A stretch of DNA of 64,000 nt, from contig JBBCGE010000004.1 of the NCBI GenBank assembly GCA_037200545.1, forward strand, positions 310,970 through 374,969, read 5' to 3'. Shown here one piece after another: positions 45,980-58,486 of this stretch; within the stretch, counting starts at the first letter, position 1, and each line of letters starts with the position of its first letter. The notes under the pieces are model-generated. The model did no database searches. It was given only the letters and a program-made list of their open reading frames with translations, and was not told the origin of the DNA. Source of the DNA: Limisphaerales bacterium. GTDB taxonomy: Bacteria; Verrucomicrobiota; Verrucomicrobiia; Limisphaerales; UBA11358. The position numbers and the translations under genes are program-made.

Positions 45980-47689
45980 TCATGCCTCAAAATTTTTCAG
46001 ATGCTGCAGCGCCCATTTCAGCGGCAGCCATCCGATCACAATCGAGAGCACCACAAAGATGACGACCGTGGCGGCGGCCCAACTGGTATGATCATGCAGG
46101 CCGGTGGTGCCAAAGCCGAGCATCAGGACGGACGCCAGGATGTAAAGGAAGCTCAAGACGAGGCAGAGCGTGCCGCCAAACCCGCTGACGATCTTGCTGG
46201 GATTGGCCTCCTTCAAATTAGGATAGAGCACACCCAGGCCGATGGCGAGACCGTTGAGCGTAAAGGTCATCACGGCAACAACCGCGCCGAAAAAAGCCAC
46301 GTCGTCCCAGGTCATCTTCAGCAGCCAGCAGGAAAGCGTGTTAAGACCGAGCGTAACCACGAGCGAGAGCACGCTGGACAGCCAGTATTTGGTCATGATG
46401 ATGCGCTCCAGTCCCAAAGGTGACATTCCCACAATCCACAAGCGCCGGCCTTCGAGTGAAAATTGCGGAAAGACAAACCGCGTCGTGACGGTGGCCAGGT
46501 TCAGCGAGCACGCGCCGAGGTTCAGGTAGGCGACCAGGTTGATCCAGAACGGACTGGAAAGCTGGTGCGTGAAGTTGCGCAGGTTGACGATATAGACGGC
46601 GAGCAGGCCGAACAACATCACGGACTGGCCCCATTGCGTGGTGTCGCGCCAGAACATCCGCACGTCCTTGACGGCGAGCGCGAGGGTGGCGCGATCAAAC
46701 CAGGAAAAACGGGCGGCAAATTTTTCAAGCATGCCGGGAGCCGCCCCCTGGCCGCCCGTGACGCGGAACAAATTGATCTTGAAGCCGCCGCCCGCCCGGC
46801 TTTGCACCGCCGAGGCCGTCTCGTAAAACAAGCCGCCAAACCGCGTGAAGGCGATGCTGCCGAAAAACAGCGTGTTGCTCAACAGCACCAGCGAAAAAAA
46901 CAGCGCGCCGCGCAGGACGCCCTCTGTCCATTGCAATACCGCCGAAGACAGCCAGAAGCTCGGCAGGAACGGGAACAGCGTGAAGCGCGTCTTGGCCAGC
47001 AACTGGTCGAGCGCTTCCAGAGTGCGCCGGTCGAGCACATCGTTCGTGGCCGACTGGGTCTTCCACCAGAACGCCGCCAGCGCCAGCAGCACCAAGCCCG
47101 TGACCATGATCGCGATCTGGAAATTCCGTCGGTCCAGAAACCGCCCGACTAGGATCGCGATCCACGCGCCGATGACGCCCGGCAGCACGATGAAGAGCCC
47201 GATCAGCACGATGGTCACGATGTAAAAATGCCAGGGCACTTCGCGCACCAGGCCGAAGGCCACGAGCAGCGGCGCGATCAAAAATAAAAATGCCCACGAG
47301 GATAACACCATCGATTCGATGAATTTCCAGCGGAAAATCACCTGCGTCGAAATCGGCAGCGTCAACAGGAACGCCGTCTCACGGTTGCGGAACAGATTGG
47401 TGTAGCCGATCACCACGTTGCTCAGGAGCAGCAGTCCGAACAGAAACGCGAACAGCACAAAGAGCAGCCGCTCCGTCAGCACCGCGCCCAGGCCGGGGAA
47501 CTTCGCGATGAATTTCAACGCGTAATAAAACAGCCAGAACGACAGCACCAGGTAGCCAACGACAAAAAAGCTGATGATCGTCGCCAGCAGGCGCGACTGG
47601 TCGCGCACCGCCAGCAGCCGTCGCCAGCCGTTCAACGCGTTCACGCGCACCAGCAGGAGCAGCGGCGAGGTTTTTAGCTGGCGGAACAT
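45980..47689 (-). CDS. Putative ABC-2-type exporter permease
   Basis: About 12 TM segments; FLLTLP, KD.R.FWRD..QW, FP..SLEG motifs. Confidence 0.75.
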   Translation of the reverse strand: MFRQLKTSPLLLLVRVNALNGWRRLLAVRDQSRLLATIISFFVVGYLVLSFWLFYYALKFIAKFPGLGAVLTERLLFVLFAFLFGLLLLSNVVIGYTNLFRNRETAFLLTLPISTQVIFRWKFIESMVLSSWAFLFLIAPLLVAFGLVREVPWHFYIVTIVLIGLFIVLPGVIGAWIAILVGRFLDRRNFQIAIMVTGLVLLALAAFWWKTQSATNDVLDRRTLEALDQLLAKTRFTLFPFLPSFWLSSAVLQWTEGVLRGALFFSLVLLSNTLFFGSIAFTRFGGLFYETASAVQSRAGGGFKINLFRVTGGQGAAPGMLEKFAARFSWFDRATLALAVKDVRMFWRDTTQWGQSVMLFGLLAVYIVNLRNFTHQLSSPFWINLVAYLNLGACSLNLATVTTRFVFPQFSLEGRRLWIVGMSPLGLERIIMTKYWLSSVLSLVVTLGLNTLSCWLLKMTWDDVAFFGAVVAVMTFTLNGLAIGLGVLYPNLKEANPSKIVSGFGGTLCLVLSFLYILASVLMLGFGTTGLHDHTSWAAATVVIFVVLSIVIGWLPLKWALQHLKNFEA

Positions 47690-47782
47690 TTGCGACACAC
47701 GCAAAACGTAGCGTGACGATTGAACGGAAGCAATGCTTGCGATGTCGGACTTAAGCAAACTGGCAACGGACCAGCGCCCATA

Positions 47783-48565
47783 ATGAAACTTAAATCCATC
47801 AGCCGTCGGAAATTCCTCCTGACCGCGATGCTGGCAACTCCGCTGGCATTGGGCGCCGATGCCGCCGGCATCGAGCCGACGTGGTTGAAAGTGCGGCGCG
47901 TCCGCATCGGCAGCGACAAACCGGTCTGCCGCCTGGCGCACTTTTCCGATGTGCATTACAAGGGCGACCGCGAATATCTTGAATGCGTTGTAAAAACCAT
48001 CAATTCGCTGGCACCGGATTTTGCGTGCTTCACCGGCGATCTGGTTGAACGCCGGGAACATCTCGAGGCCGCGCTGGAGATTTTATCCGGCCTCAAAGTC
48101 CCGCTGTTCGGCGTGCCGGGCAACCACGATTTCTGGAGCGGAATTTCCTTCAACACCCTCAGAGAATATCTGGTCGCGACGGGCGGCGACTGGTTGATGG
48201 ACCGACACCACGAAATGGCCGGTGGCAAAGTCAATTTGATCGGAGCCAGTTGCCTGTTCCAAGGCCAGCGGTTGCCACCCTCCAATCCTTCGGCAAAAAA
48301 TATTTTGCTCATGCACTATCCCGCCTGGGCCAAGAAACTGGGCGACCGTCAATTTGACCTGCTGCTGGCCGGACATTCACACGGCGGCCAGGTGCGAATT
48401 CCATTTTACGGTTCGCTGGTGGTGCCATTCAATGTGGACGAATACGACATGGGCTTGTTCCAGAGTCCGGCCGGCCCGCTTTATGTGAATCCCGGCATCG
48501 GCTACATCGGTGATTACAATGTCCGCTTCAACTGCCGCCCGGAAATCACGGTGATTGAGATTTAG
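47783..48565 (+). CDS. Metallophosphoesterase with Tat-like leader (YkuE-like)
   Basis: SRRKFL; SDVH, TGD, GNHD, GHSHGGQ. Confidence 0.9.
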   Translation: MKLKSISRRKFLLTAMLATPLALGADAAGIEPTWLKVRRVRIGSDKPVCRLAHFSDVHYKGDREYLECVVKTINSLAPDFACFTGDLVERREHLEAALEILSGLKVPLFGVPGNHDFWSGISFNTLREYLVATGGDWLMDRHHEMAGGKVNLIGASCLFQGQRLPPSNPSAKNILLMHYPAWAKKLGDRQFDLLLAGHSHGGQVRIPFYGSLVVPFNVDEYDMGLFQSPAGPLYVNPGIGYIGDYNVRFNCRPEITVIEI

Positions 48566-48723
48566 CCTGGTAGCACGGGCGTCCCACCCGCATGTTTCTG
48601 CTTGGTGGAAACCATCACTTTGACTCGCACACACGGGGAAAGCCCGTGCCACTTACCAACGCCTGCCTATAAAAAATCAAAAATCTTCAAAACGCACTTG
48701 AATCCGGCGCGTGGAAATTTTTC

Positions 48724-48872
48724 TGGGGAGCGCACGCGCCCCGCGTGCCGCCAATGACGCCCTCGTCGTTGGTCCGTGCGCACGGAATGCATTCTTGAAT
48801 TTGAACATCGTCGTGCGCACGAAATTCGGCACGAGGGGGCGCAGAACCGCAGCCGGGGCGCCGCACTCCCCC
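48724..48872. repeat. REPIN/MITE-like element, copy 3
   Basis: GGGGAGCGC...GACGCCCTCGTC...CGAGGG...CACTCCCC. Confidence 0.65.
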
Positions 48873-48917
48873 CATTTCCGATTGAAGCCGCGCCAAGCGG
48901 TTTGTATCGTGCGGGCA

Positions 48918-51065
<2,148 letters not shown>

Positions 51066-51087
51066 GGCGGCCGAAATTTGCAGCCTA

Positions 51088-51405
51088 TCAGTATGTCAGG
51101 CCATCATCTCTTTGCGGTGGCCAGACAAACAACGACAACACCATGAATAAATTAGCTATTGGCACCAAGAGCAGCAATAGCAACCAGGGAGACCAGCCCA
51201 TATCGCGACACCTGGGGATGTCCAAACATGGAAATCTCATAATAAATATGGGGATAACGACGATGAAAGGCAACCAATCCGGAATGCCGAAAGCCTTGAC
51301 CATTGGGAAAAGCAATGCGGAAATGACAGTAAAGATGACGCACCAGAGCAGAAAGCGAATCAGATACTGAAGTCATGTCAGTGTTTCAGGAAATAATAAT
51401 TTCAT
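51088..51405 (-). pseudogene. DUF805-like membrane protein cassette with premature TGA at codon 11
   Basis: MKLLFPETLT*LQYLIR...RCRDMGWS.W..LLLVPIAN in one frame. Confidence 0.65.
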
Positions 51406-51420
51406 AGCGTATTATAGGAT

Positions 51421-51528
51421 GCCTAACGACCAAAAGCTGAGCCACGCGGCCAGCGACAACCAACAACCATAAAATCTACGAAACAAAAGAAAAGCATAAC
51501 CCGCGTTGGTTCCAGCGCTGTGTTAGGC
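51421..51528 (-). other. Integron attC site
   Basis: Minus strand GCCTAAC...GTTAGGC (RYYYAAC/GTTRRRY) with complementary inner boxes (GCTGGAACC / GGCTCAGC); stop codon of upstream gene lies inside the site. Confidence 0.8.
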
Positions 51529-52014
51529 GGGGCGCCGCCGACGCTGCTTGGCCGATGTCGAACGAATGACCACCGGCCCGCGGCCGGTGCTCGCAAACGG
51601 TACGTCATTGCGAGCGATGGCCTCGTCGATCAGGCGCGCGACCGCCGGACGCGCGAGTGTGGACGCGCCCTCCATGTGAAGGAAGCGCGTCTGCTTACCG
51701 GACCCCCGCAACAGTTTGTCAGGATCAGGCAATGCCTTGCCACGATTAAAGTACAGCTCAACGCCTTTCGCGCTCGCGCGGATGGCAAGCACGCCCTCGT
51801 ACCCGCGCTCGTCCGGTGAAAAGCTGATGACGAAGCAGTCGGAGTATTCGTACACCACCTCATGGGCAGTGGGCAGACGCTTTCGCAACGACCGTCGCAT
51901 TGTGCCGATGAGCCCTTGATGCACGGACGCGAACCTCGCGATAAGCCCACGCAATTCGGCTTCTGCCGATCGTCGGGCCACCGCAGACTGGGTGTTCATC
52001 TGTGAAGTGCTCAT
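51523..52014 (-). CDS. DUF1801/YdhG-like protein in gene cassette
   Basis: LPTAHE.VY, LYF..G..LPDP.KLL.GSGK..R; preceded by GTTAGGC core at 52028-52034. Confidence 0.7.
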   Translation of the reverse strand: MSTSQMNTQSAVARRSAEAELRGLIARFASVHQGLIGTMRRSLRKRLPTAHEVVYEYSDCFVISFSPDERGYEGVLAIRASAKGVELYFNRGKALPDPDKLLRGSGKQTRFLHMEGASTLARPAVARLIDEAIARNDVPFASTGRGPVVIRSTSAKQRRRRPA

Positions 52015-52240
52015 GACTTGAAGATCCGCCTAACATTTAAGCAGGCCGCAGTTTTTGTAGCCTGTCACTTTCATGGCTTGGAAACTATTCTGGACGTAAG
52101 TTTGTGTCCAACATAATTTTTTGATCGTGATGACAGATAAACTGTTCCCAGCAAAGACTGCAACAAAGGCTGCAAACCTGCCGTCGGGTGACACGTTAAA
52201 TTACAGTTGGATTTTTCGCGGGCAGGCGTAACTTGAAGCC

Positions 52241-52588
52241 ATGAAAATTCTATCCGTTTCCCTGATCGCCGTCGCGCTGTTGTTGGCGGGCTGCGGTGAA
52301 AAAGCCGCGCAGAAGACAACCCAGGCCGTCAATGAAGTTTCCAACGTGGTGGCGGCCCCGGCCAATTATCTGGGCGCGGTGGTGGACGCAAAAAAATCTT
52401 CGGAGAAAAAAATCGACGTGGCTTACATCAACCAGGCGCTCCAGTTGTTCAACGTGCAGGAGGGCCATTATCCAAAGACTTTGCAGGAATTGACGCCGAA
52501 TTACATCGGTAAAATCCCGGAGCTGCCGATTGGTTACAAACTGGATTACGATGCGGTCAAAGGGGAAGTAAAAGTCGTGGCTAACTAA
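52241..52588 (+). CDS. Lipoprotein
   Basis: Lipobox LAGC. Confidence 0.8.
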   Translation: MKILSVSLIAVALLLAGCGEKAAQKTTQAVNEVSNVVAAPANYLGAVVDAKKSSEKKIDVAYINQALQLFNVQEGHYPKTLQELTPNYIGKIPELPIGYKLDYDAVKGEVKVVAN

Positions 52589-52632
52589 ATATTCCCGCCG
52601 GTTTCGCCAGAGCAGTTCGCTGTCTGCCCGTT

Positions 52633-54924
52633 TCAAAAGGTCAGATATTTCAGCACCTGCACCTCACGTTTGAAGACCAGTTCAATGGAATTATCCTGAA
52701 AACGCACGTCGAAGGGCACGCGGTCTTGATAGTGTTCCCATAGAATGCGGCCGTTCTTGGGATTGATGCGCGCGATTCGGAAATAGGGCGGCTTTTGAAT
52801 GACCATGTCATTTTCCTGCTCCTCGTCCGTGGGATTCGGATCATAGGACTGGACGGTGTAGATGAACTTTCCCGATAAATAGGAAATGAAACCGCCCGGC
52901 TTGATGCTCCATAAAGTCTTGCCGGTTTTCGGATCCACTTTCATCAGGATGTCGTCGGTGGCCCTGTTGATGTCAATCTGCTTCGCGTATTTGATATCAT
53001 CGGGATTGCCGCTGGTGGTGTTGACGTACACAAAGCCCTGGTCATCAAAAAACAATCCGACGACACCGACGGACGGCAGGCGCCAACGTGCGTTTCCGGT
53101 GGCCAGTTCATATGCGGACAGCACGGCCTGGTCGAAAACGTAAAGCGTATCCCCATGTTCCACGCACGGACCTTCGCCAAATTTTGATTCTTCTTGGAAA
53201 AATCCGCCGCCGCCGGAGATGGGATAGGTCAGTGTGGCCTGCCAGAGTTTTTTATTTGATTTGTCGAGGACGATGACTGTTTTGCCGCCCGCAACGACGT
53301 TCACAGTTTTCAACGGAAACAATTGCGGTTGCCCGTTGACTTCGCCTGTCCAGTCAGGAGTGCCGGCCGGATCCGGCAAATGAACCGTCACCTGATAACG
53401 GCTTTCGTCCTCCGTGATGGTGTCTCCGCCCGCATTGCGCTGCATCTCATTGAGCAGTTCATTGGCGATCTCCCCGGTCTTGGAGGCGTTCACTTCGCCA
53501 TCAAGTGCGGATTTCTTTGGCGCCGCCTTCATGGCCGTCCGCGTGATAATCCGCTCCTCCAGCAGTTTCGCGGAGAATTGCACAAAGCCATCTTTGGCGG
53601 GGACAAGTTGGAAACCTTCCGTGCCGGCCAATGATCCGTATGAATTCTGCGGGCGGGGATGTTGCGGGTCGTCGTTGAGCGCGGCTTCCAGCTGCTGCTC
53701 ATGTGCGGCGTTCCCGATCAACGCCGGCAAGGCGAGGCGCCCTTGCAGTTTCAAATTTTGCGCCTGGGCCGCGACTTTCGCCGGGTCGAGCGGCTTGCCG
53801 TTGCTTCCTCCTGACAGTGACAACCCGCCGCCACCAGAGTTTCCAGCGCCCTGAACAGAAGCCGCCGCTGCACCCGGCGTGCCGAATTGTTCGACCCGCG
53901 AATCGCCGCTGACCAGGCTGACATGCGTGGCAGATTGTGCACCGAGCATCAGCAGTTCGTCGCCGTTTTCCATGAGTTCACCCCCAGATTCCGGCAGCTT
54001 GATTTCACGCACCGCCTTGCCGCTGTCCCAGTCGTAATGAGAAAGCTTGTCGCCCTTGCCGACCCAGATATTCTGGCCGGAAACGCGCAGCAGAAGTTCC
54101 CGCTGCAAGCCGATTTTTGCTTCACGCTCGACGGTTTCCTGGCTCGGGCGGTGAAAATAGCCGCCGCTTGAACTGGCGCGGTCATTGGCTTCGTTCTCCG
54201 CCTTCACTACATCGGCGACCTGCTGCTTGGTGATCAATTCCTGCGACCAGATTTGCTTCTTGGTCTTCAGGTCATAGCGCGCCAGTGTGCCGCCGTGCAG
54301 GAAAATGATCTGGTCTTTGCCGACAAGATGCGACTGGCCCGAATAGGCGCGGTCGTCATCCGCAAAACGAACGGAAAAATACGGATGCGGCACGGAACCA
54401 AACCACGCATACCAGACCCATGCACCGAGCAGAACGACAATGAGGCCGGAAACCAGGCCGAAAATCAAACCAGCTTTGCGCCAGAACCTGGCTTCGACTT
54501 GAGTTTTTTCGCCGGCATACACCGGTGCTTCGATGCCCTGCAGGTGGGCCTTGTTCTTGCAAAGCGGCGAGCAGAAAAATCCAAACAGCTCCATGCACTT
54601 TGGACAGATTGGTTTTTGACAGATCGTGCATTGTTCCGTGGTGAGCACGCCGCGATGTTTCTGGCAATATTGAGAAACCGGCTCCGCCCCGGCCACCGGT
54701 TCCGCAGGTTTTTCCTGATGCGCAATTTTCAACCGCGACGGGACGGCGGGGGGCGGCGGCTCTACGACACCGGCCTGCTCCGCGAACTGCGCCCGCACGA
54801 GCTGGTTGACATAATCCGACGAATCCAGCCCGCAGCCCGGGCAGACGAAGCGCACCGGGTTCTGCGCCATGTCCGGCGTGATGTCGAAGGCGTATTTAGC
54901 GCCGCAGGCACATTGAAGTTTCAT
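52633..54924 (-). CDS. Membrane-anchored PQQ-like beta-propeller protein with N-terminal Zn-ribbon and B-box-like domains
   Basis: CxC...CxxC, CxxH...CxxC..PICxxC, TM segment, repeated D.KTG..LW motifs. Confidence 0.75.
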   Translation of the reverse strand: MKLQCACGAKYAFDITPDMAQNPVRFVCPGCGLDSSDYVNQLVRAQFAEQAGVVEPPPPAVPSRLKIAHQEKPAEPVAGAEPVSQYCQKHRGVLTTEQCTICQKPICPKCMELFGFFCSPLCKNKAHLQGIEAPVYAGEKTQVEARFWRKAGLIFGLVSGLIVVLLGAWVWYAWFGSVPHPYFSVRFADDDRAYSGQSHLVGKDQIIFLHGGTLARYDLKTKKQIWSQELITKQQVADVVKAENEANDRASSSGGYFHRPSQETVEREAKIGLQRELLLRVSGQNIWVGKGDKLSHYDWDSGKAVREIKLPESGGELMENGDELLMLGAQSATHVSLVSGDSRVEQFGTPGAAAASVQGAGNSGGGGLSLSGGSNGKPLDPAKVAAQAQNLKLQGRLALPALIGNAAHEQQLEAALNDDPQHPRPQNSYGSLAGTEGFQLVPAKDGFVQFSAKLLEERIITRTAMKAAPKKSALDGEVNASKTGEIANELLNEMQRNAGGDTITEDESRYQVTVHLPDPAGTPDWTGEVNGQPQLFPLKTVNVVAGGKTVIVLDKSNKKLWQATLTYPISGGGGFFQEESKFGEGPCVEHGDTLYVFDQAVLSAYELATGNARWRLPSVGVVGLFFDDQGFVYVNTTSGNPDDIKYAKQIDINRATDDILMKVDPKTGKTLWSIKPGGFISYLSGKFIYTVQSYDPNPTDEEQENDMVIQKPPYFRIARINPKNGRILWEHYQDRVPFDVRFQDNSIELVFKREVQVLKYLTF

Positions 54925-54930
54925 GGGTGG

Positions 54931-55542
54931 TCAGGGTTTGGGATTCAATAACACGACGCCCGGTGGGACGGCGAATGAAAACGTCAACTGCGGCCCGCTG
55001 GATTGCACGCTGCCGTCGCCCATCAGAAAATTGCCGCCGAATTTGTGATGATTGTTGCCCGGCGGTTTTCCATTCGCGGAAAAAACAAATTCGCCAGCGC
55101 GCTTCGGCTCGGTGTCCACCTGACGGTCGGACATCAAGGCATCCTGCGGTGAATCCAGCCGCCGGCCCATGTAATAGGCGTAACTGATCTTGTGCTTGGC
55201 GAGCGGTTCACCAGAGGCGAACTGCTTGTCCCGGCCGCCGGGACAGATGAAGATGGTCGTGTCCGCCGTGTAGCGCGGCACCAGTTCCCCAAGCACATCC
55301 TCGGAGGTGTTGGCATTGGTATTTTCGGGCAATCTGCCGCTGAAGTCGTTCGCATAGATCTGCATCGCCAGGTAAATTTTCTGAAGGTTGTCGTGGCAGA
55401 GCTGCTTTTGCGTCCGCTGATGCTTCGCTGAACCGAAACCATACAGCATCGTGAACAGTACAATCATCAGCGCGAGCGTGACAAGCAGTTCAACCAGTGA
55501 AAAGGCTGACGGCCTGCTTTCGCTTCGCTGGAGAACTTTCAT
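54931..55542 (-). CDS. Prepilin-type N-terminal cleavage protein with H-X9-DG motif
   Basis: AFSLVELLV; HH..GGNFL..DGSV. Confidence 0.85.
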   Translation of the reverse strand: MKVLQRSESRPSAFSLVELLVTLALMIVLFTMLYGFGSAKHQRTQKQLCHDNLQKIYLAMQIYANDFSGRLPENTNANTSEDVLGELVPRYTADTTIFICPGGRDKQFASGEPLAKHKISYAYYMGRRLDSPQDALMSDRQVDTEPKRAGEFVFSANGKPPGNNHHKFGGNFLMGDGSVQSSGPQLTFSFAVPPGVVLLNPKP

Positions 55543-55654
55543 GCCCGTTTTGTAGCGAAATCCCCCGCCGGTGGCAATTGAAAGCGGGATGGACGTTTTT
55601 TTCGCTCGCAAAGCCGCGCCGGCATTAGGACAATCTGCCCTCAATTTTTAATTC

Positions 55655-57196
55655 ATGAACGAACAGATCATCCTCCTCGATTTTGGGTCGCAATACACGC
55701 AGGTCATCGCGCGCCGCATCCGCGAGTGCAATGTCTATTCGCAGATCCTGCGCTACGACACGCCGGCCACGGAGATCGCCAAGCTCAAGCCCAGCGGCAT
55801 CATCCTGTCCGGCGGTCCGTCCAGCGTGTATGCCGAGGATGCACCGTTGCCGGATAAAAATATTTTCGATCTCGGCGTGCCGGTGCTGGGCGTCTGCTTT
55901 GGCGTGCAATTGTTCGCGCATTTTCTCGGCGGCAAGGTTGAGAAAGGCCTCAAGCGCGAATACGGCAAAGGCATGCTTACGATCAAGGATTCGAGCTGCG
56001 CCCTGTTCGCCAAACTGCCGAAGTCGCTGCAAGTCTGGAATTCCCACGGCGACAAACTGACGAAGATTCCCAACGGCTTCAAACCCGTGGCCGTTACGGA
56101 GAATTCCGAATATGCCGCGATTGAGAATCGCGCGTGGAAATTTTTTGGGCTGCAATTTCATCCCGAGGTCGCCCACACACCGCGCGGCAGTGAGATCATT
56201 TCCAACTTCGTCCACAAGATTTGCGGCTGCGGCAAAAGCTGGACCATGCATAATTACGTTGATCAGGCCGTGGCCGAAATCCGCGCGCAGGTCGGCAAGG
56301 AACACGTCGTGCTCGGCTTGAGTGGCGGCGTGGATTCCAGTGTGGCGGCGGCGTTGCTGCACAAGGCGATCGGCGACCAGCTCACCTGTATTTTCGTCAA
56401 CAACGGCCTGCTTCGCGCGAAGGAGGCGGCAATCGTGCAGGAAGTTTTTGGTCGTCACTTTAAACTCAAGCTGCAATATGAGAACACGGCGAAACTGTTT
56501 CTCGACAAGCTCAAGGGCGTGACTGATCCCGAACGCAAACGGAAAATCATCGGCAAGACGTTCATCGAAGTTTTCCAGGCGGCGACCAAGCGCGCAGGCA
56601 AGGCGAAGTTTCTTGCGCAGGGCACGCTGTATCCCGACGTGATCGAGTCCGTGCCGATCGCCGGCAATCCCGCCGCGATGATCAAGAGCCATCACAACGT
56701 CGGCGGCCTGCCCAAGAACATGAAGTTTCAATTAGTCGAACCGCTGAAAAATTTGTTCAAGGACGAAGTGCGGCTGCTCGGCCTGGAACTGGGTTTGCCG
56801 AAAGAAATCGTTTATCGCCAGCCGTTCCCTGGACCGGGCCTCGCGGTGCGAATTCTTGGCGAAGTGACGCCATCGCGCTGCGAAATTTTGCGGAACGCCG
56901 ACGCCATCGTCGTCGAGGAGATGAAAGCGAGCGGACTGTATTATAAAATCTGGCAGAGCTTCGCGGTATTGCTCCCAATCCGCAGCGTGGGCGTGATGGG
57001 CGACGAACGGACCTACGATTACACCATCGCCATCCGCGCCGTGGAATCTCAGGACGGCATGACGGCGGACTGGGTGAAGCTGCCCTATGACCTGCTGGAA
57101 AAACTCGCCAGCCGCATCATCAACGAAGTGAAAGGCGTGAACCGCTGTGTGTTCGACATCACGAGCAAGCCGCCGGGGACGATTGAGTGGGAATAG
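55655..57196 (+). CDS. guaA: GMP synthase (glutamine-hydrolysing)
   Basis: [43 protein letters not shown]. Confidence 0.98.
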   Translation: MNEQIILLDFGSQYTQVIARRIRECNVYSQILRYDTPATEIAKLKPSGIILSGGPSSVYAEDAPLPDKNIFDLGVPVLGVCFGVQLFAHFLGGKVEKGLKREYGKGMLTIKDSSCALFAKLPKSLQVWNSHGDKLTKIPNGFKPVAVTENSEYAAIENRAWKFFGLQFHPEVAHTPRGSEIISNFVHKICGCGKSWTMHNYVDQAVAEIRAQVGKEHVVLGLSGGVDSSVAAALLHKAIGDQLTCIFVNNGLLRAKEAAIVQEVFGRHFKLKLQYENTAKLFLDKLKGVTDPERKRKIIGKTFIEVFQAATKRAGKAKFLAQGTLYPDVIESVPIAGNPAAMIKSHHNVGGLPKNMKFQLVEPLKNLFKDEVRLLGLELGLPKEIVYRQPFPGPGLAVRILGEVTPSRCEILRNADAIVVEEMKASGLYYKIWQSFAVLLPIRSVGVMGDERTYDYTIAIRAVESQDGMTADWVKLPYDLLEKLASRIINEVKGVNRCVFDITSKPPGTIEWE

Positions 57197-57257
57197 AATT
57201 AACTTTTTCGAAAAATTTAAAAGCTCTTGCCAAGAGGTGGTTTCACCGACCTTATGA

Positions 57258-58007
57258 TTACTTTTTTGCCTTCATTTCTTCGCTATGCTTTTTTCGTGAC
57301 TCATCAAAAAAAGCTATTGTGTTGAAAAACTTTTGCTCAGTTCCTAATGGCACAGAATGATTAGACAAGAGTTCCAGAACCTTTTCACGAGGATTCTTCG
57401 CATTTGGAAATGGAGAAATACTAGAAATGTAAAACATACGAGGCCAATTAACAGCTTTTGTTGCAATTGTTTTCCCCTCCTTTAAAGGCACCAAGTAGTT
57501 AAGAAATAAATGGGTTTTATGTTTGTCTGATGCTGCAATCCATCGGTCAATGATCATATTTGCTCTGGGAGTAGCTTGAATACCCATCCAATCGGCTTTT
57601 TCATACCATGCGGCTGCATCAGTAACAGCCTGCCCCATTACCGTGTTCGACTCGTTATCAGCAAAGAACGAACCTATGGCAACTGATCCGCGAAATAGAA
57701 TACCTTGAGCCAGTGAGTCACAAAGGAACTTGCGCAAAAGAACAAAGAATGTATCGATTTCACCCAACGTTACTTCACCACTATTCGGTTGATAGACAAT
57801 CAAGATTGTATCGTTGAAAGTGAATATGAGAAGCTCACTTTGTCCAATACGTTCGGGCATGTCCTGTATTTTCTCTCCCAATAAATCCAAAACGCGTTGG
57901 CGTGATTCCAGAAAGAGTTTGATCTCTTTATCTCCGTATGTTGCGGCCCCAAGGGCATCTAAAATGGCGACCATGCCCACCTTCTTATTTACTACTGGCG
58001 ATTTCAT
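57258..58007 (-). CDS. Class III nucleotidyl-cyclase-like orphan (AT-rich)
   Basis: VAILDALG, TFNDTILI, FRGSVAIG, GQAVTDA pattern. Confidence 0.55.
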   Translation of the reverse strand: MKSPVVNKKVGMVAILDALGAATYGDKEIKLFLESRQRVLDLLGEKIQDMPERIGQSELLIFTFNDTILIVYQPNSGEVTLGEIDTFFVLLRKFLCDSLAQGILFRGSVAIGSFFADNESNTVMGQAVTDAAAWYEKADWMGIQATPRANMIIDRWIAASDKHKTHLFLNYLVPLKEGKTIATKAVNWPRMFYISSISPFPNAKNPREKVLELLSNHSVPLGTEQKFFNTIAFFDESRKKHSEEMKAKK

Positions 58008-58227
58008 ATCTTTGCGTTATTTATGAATCCTTGACCGATTGAAAATTATATTTCGCCGGGCAGCCCGCCGCACATCTCCAAAATTTCACCGCCGCTGATT
58101 CCGTTCGCGCCCGACATTGCTGCCCTCGCCACCAGTTGTCCATCCCAAATTGAACCGCAAACCATGCGAAAGCAAAATCCCGTTCGCGTTTTTCGAGTAT
58201 TTCGCGGTTGCTGATTTGTTTTCACGA

Positions 58228-58385
58228 CCTCCCTCACCTGTTTCCTCTCCCCAAGGAGAGGACATGCCGAAGCAAGATTTCTGGCAGGTGAAAAATTGTC
58301 CGCCCAATCCAGTCGCACTACATTCCAAAGACGCGGCGAACGTTTCTCCTTCTCCCGGGGGAGAAGGCCGGGATGAGGGCGGACG
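58228..58385. repeat. CCCTCACC/GGGAGAGG-family palindromic repeat pair
   Basis: Same family as the in-frame insertion in recG (49533-49604). Confidence 0.65.
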
Positions 58386-58486
58386 TTCAAACCATTTTCA
58401 CTCTCTAATAATTTTCACCAGCACACGCTTGTGAGTTCAAATTTCTCTTTTGTGTATTTGGCGTATTTCAGGTTGTCCCACTGATT

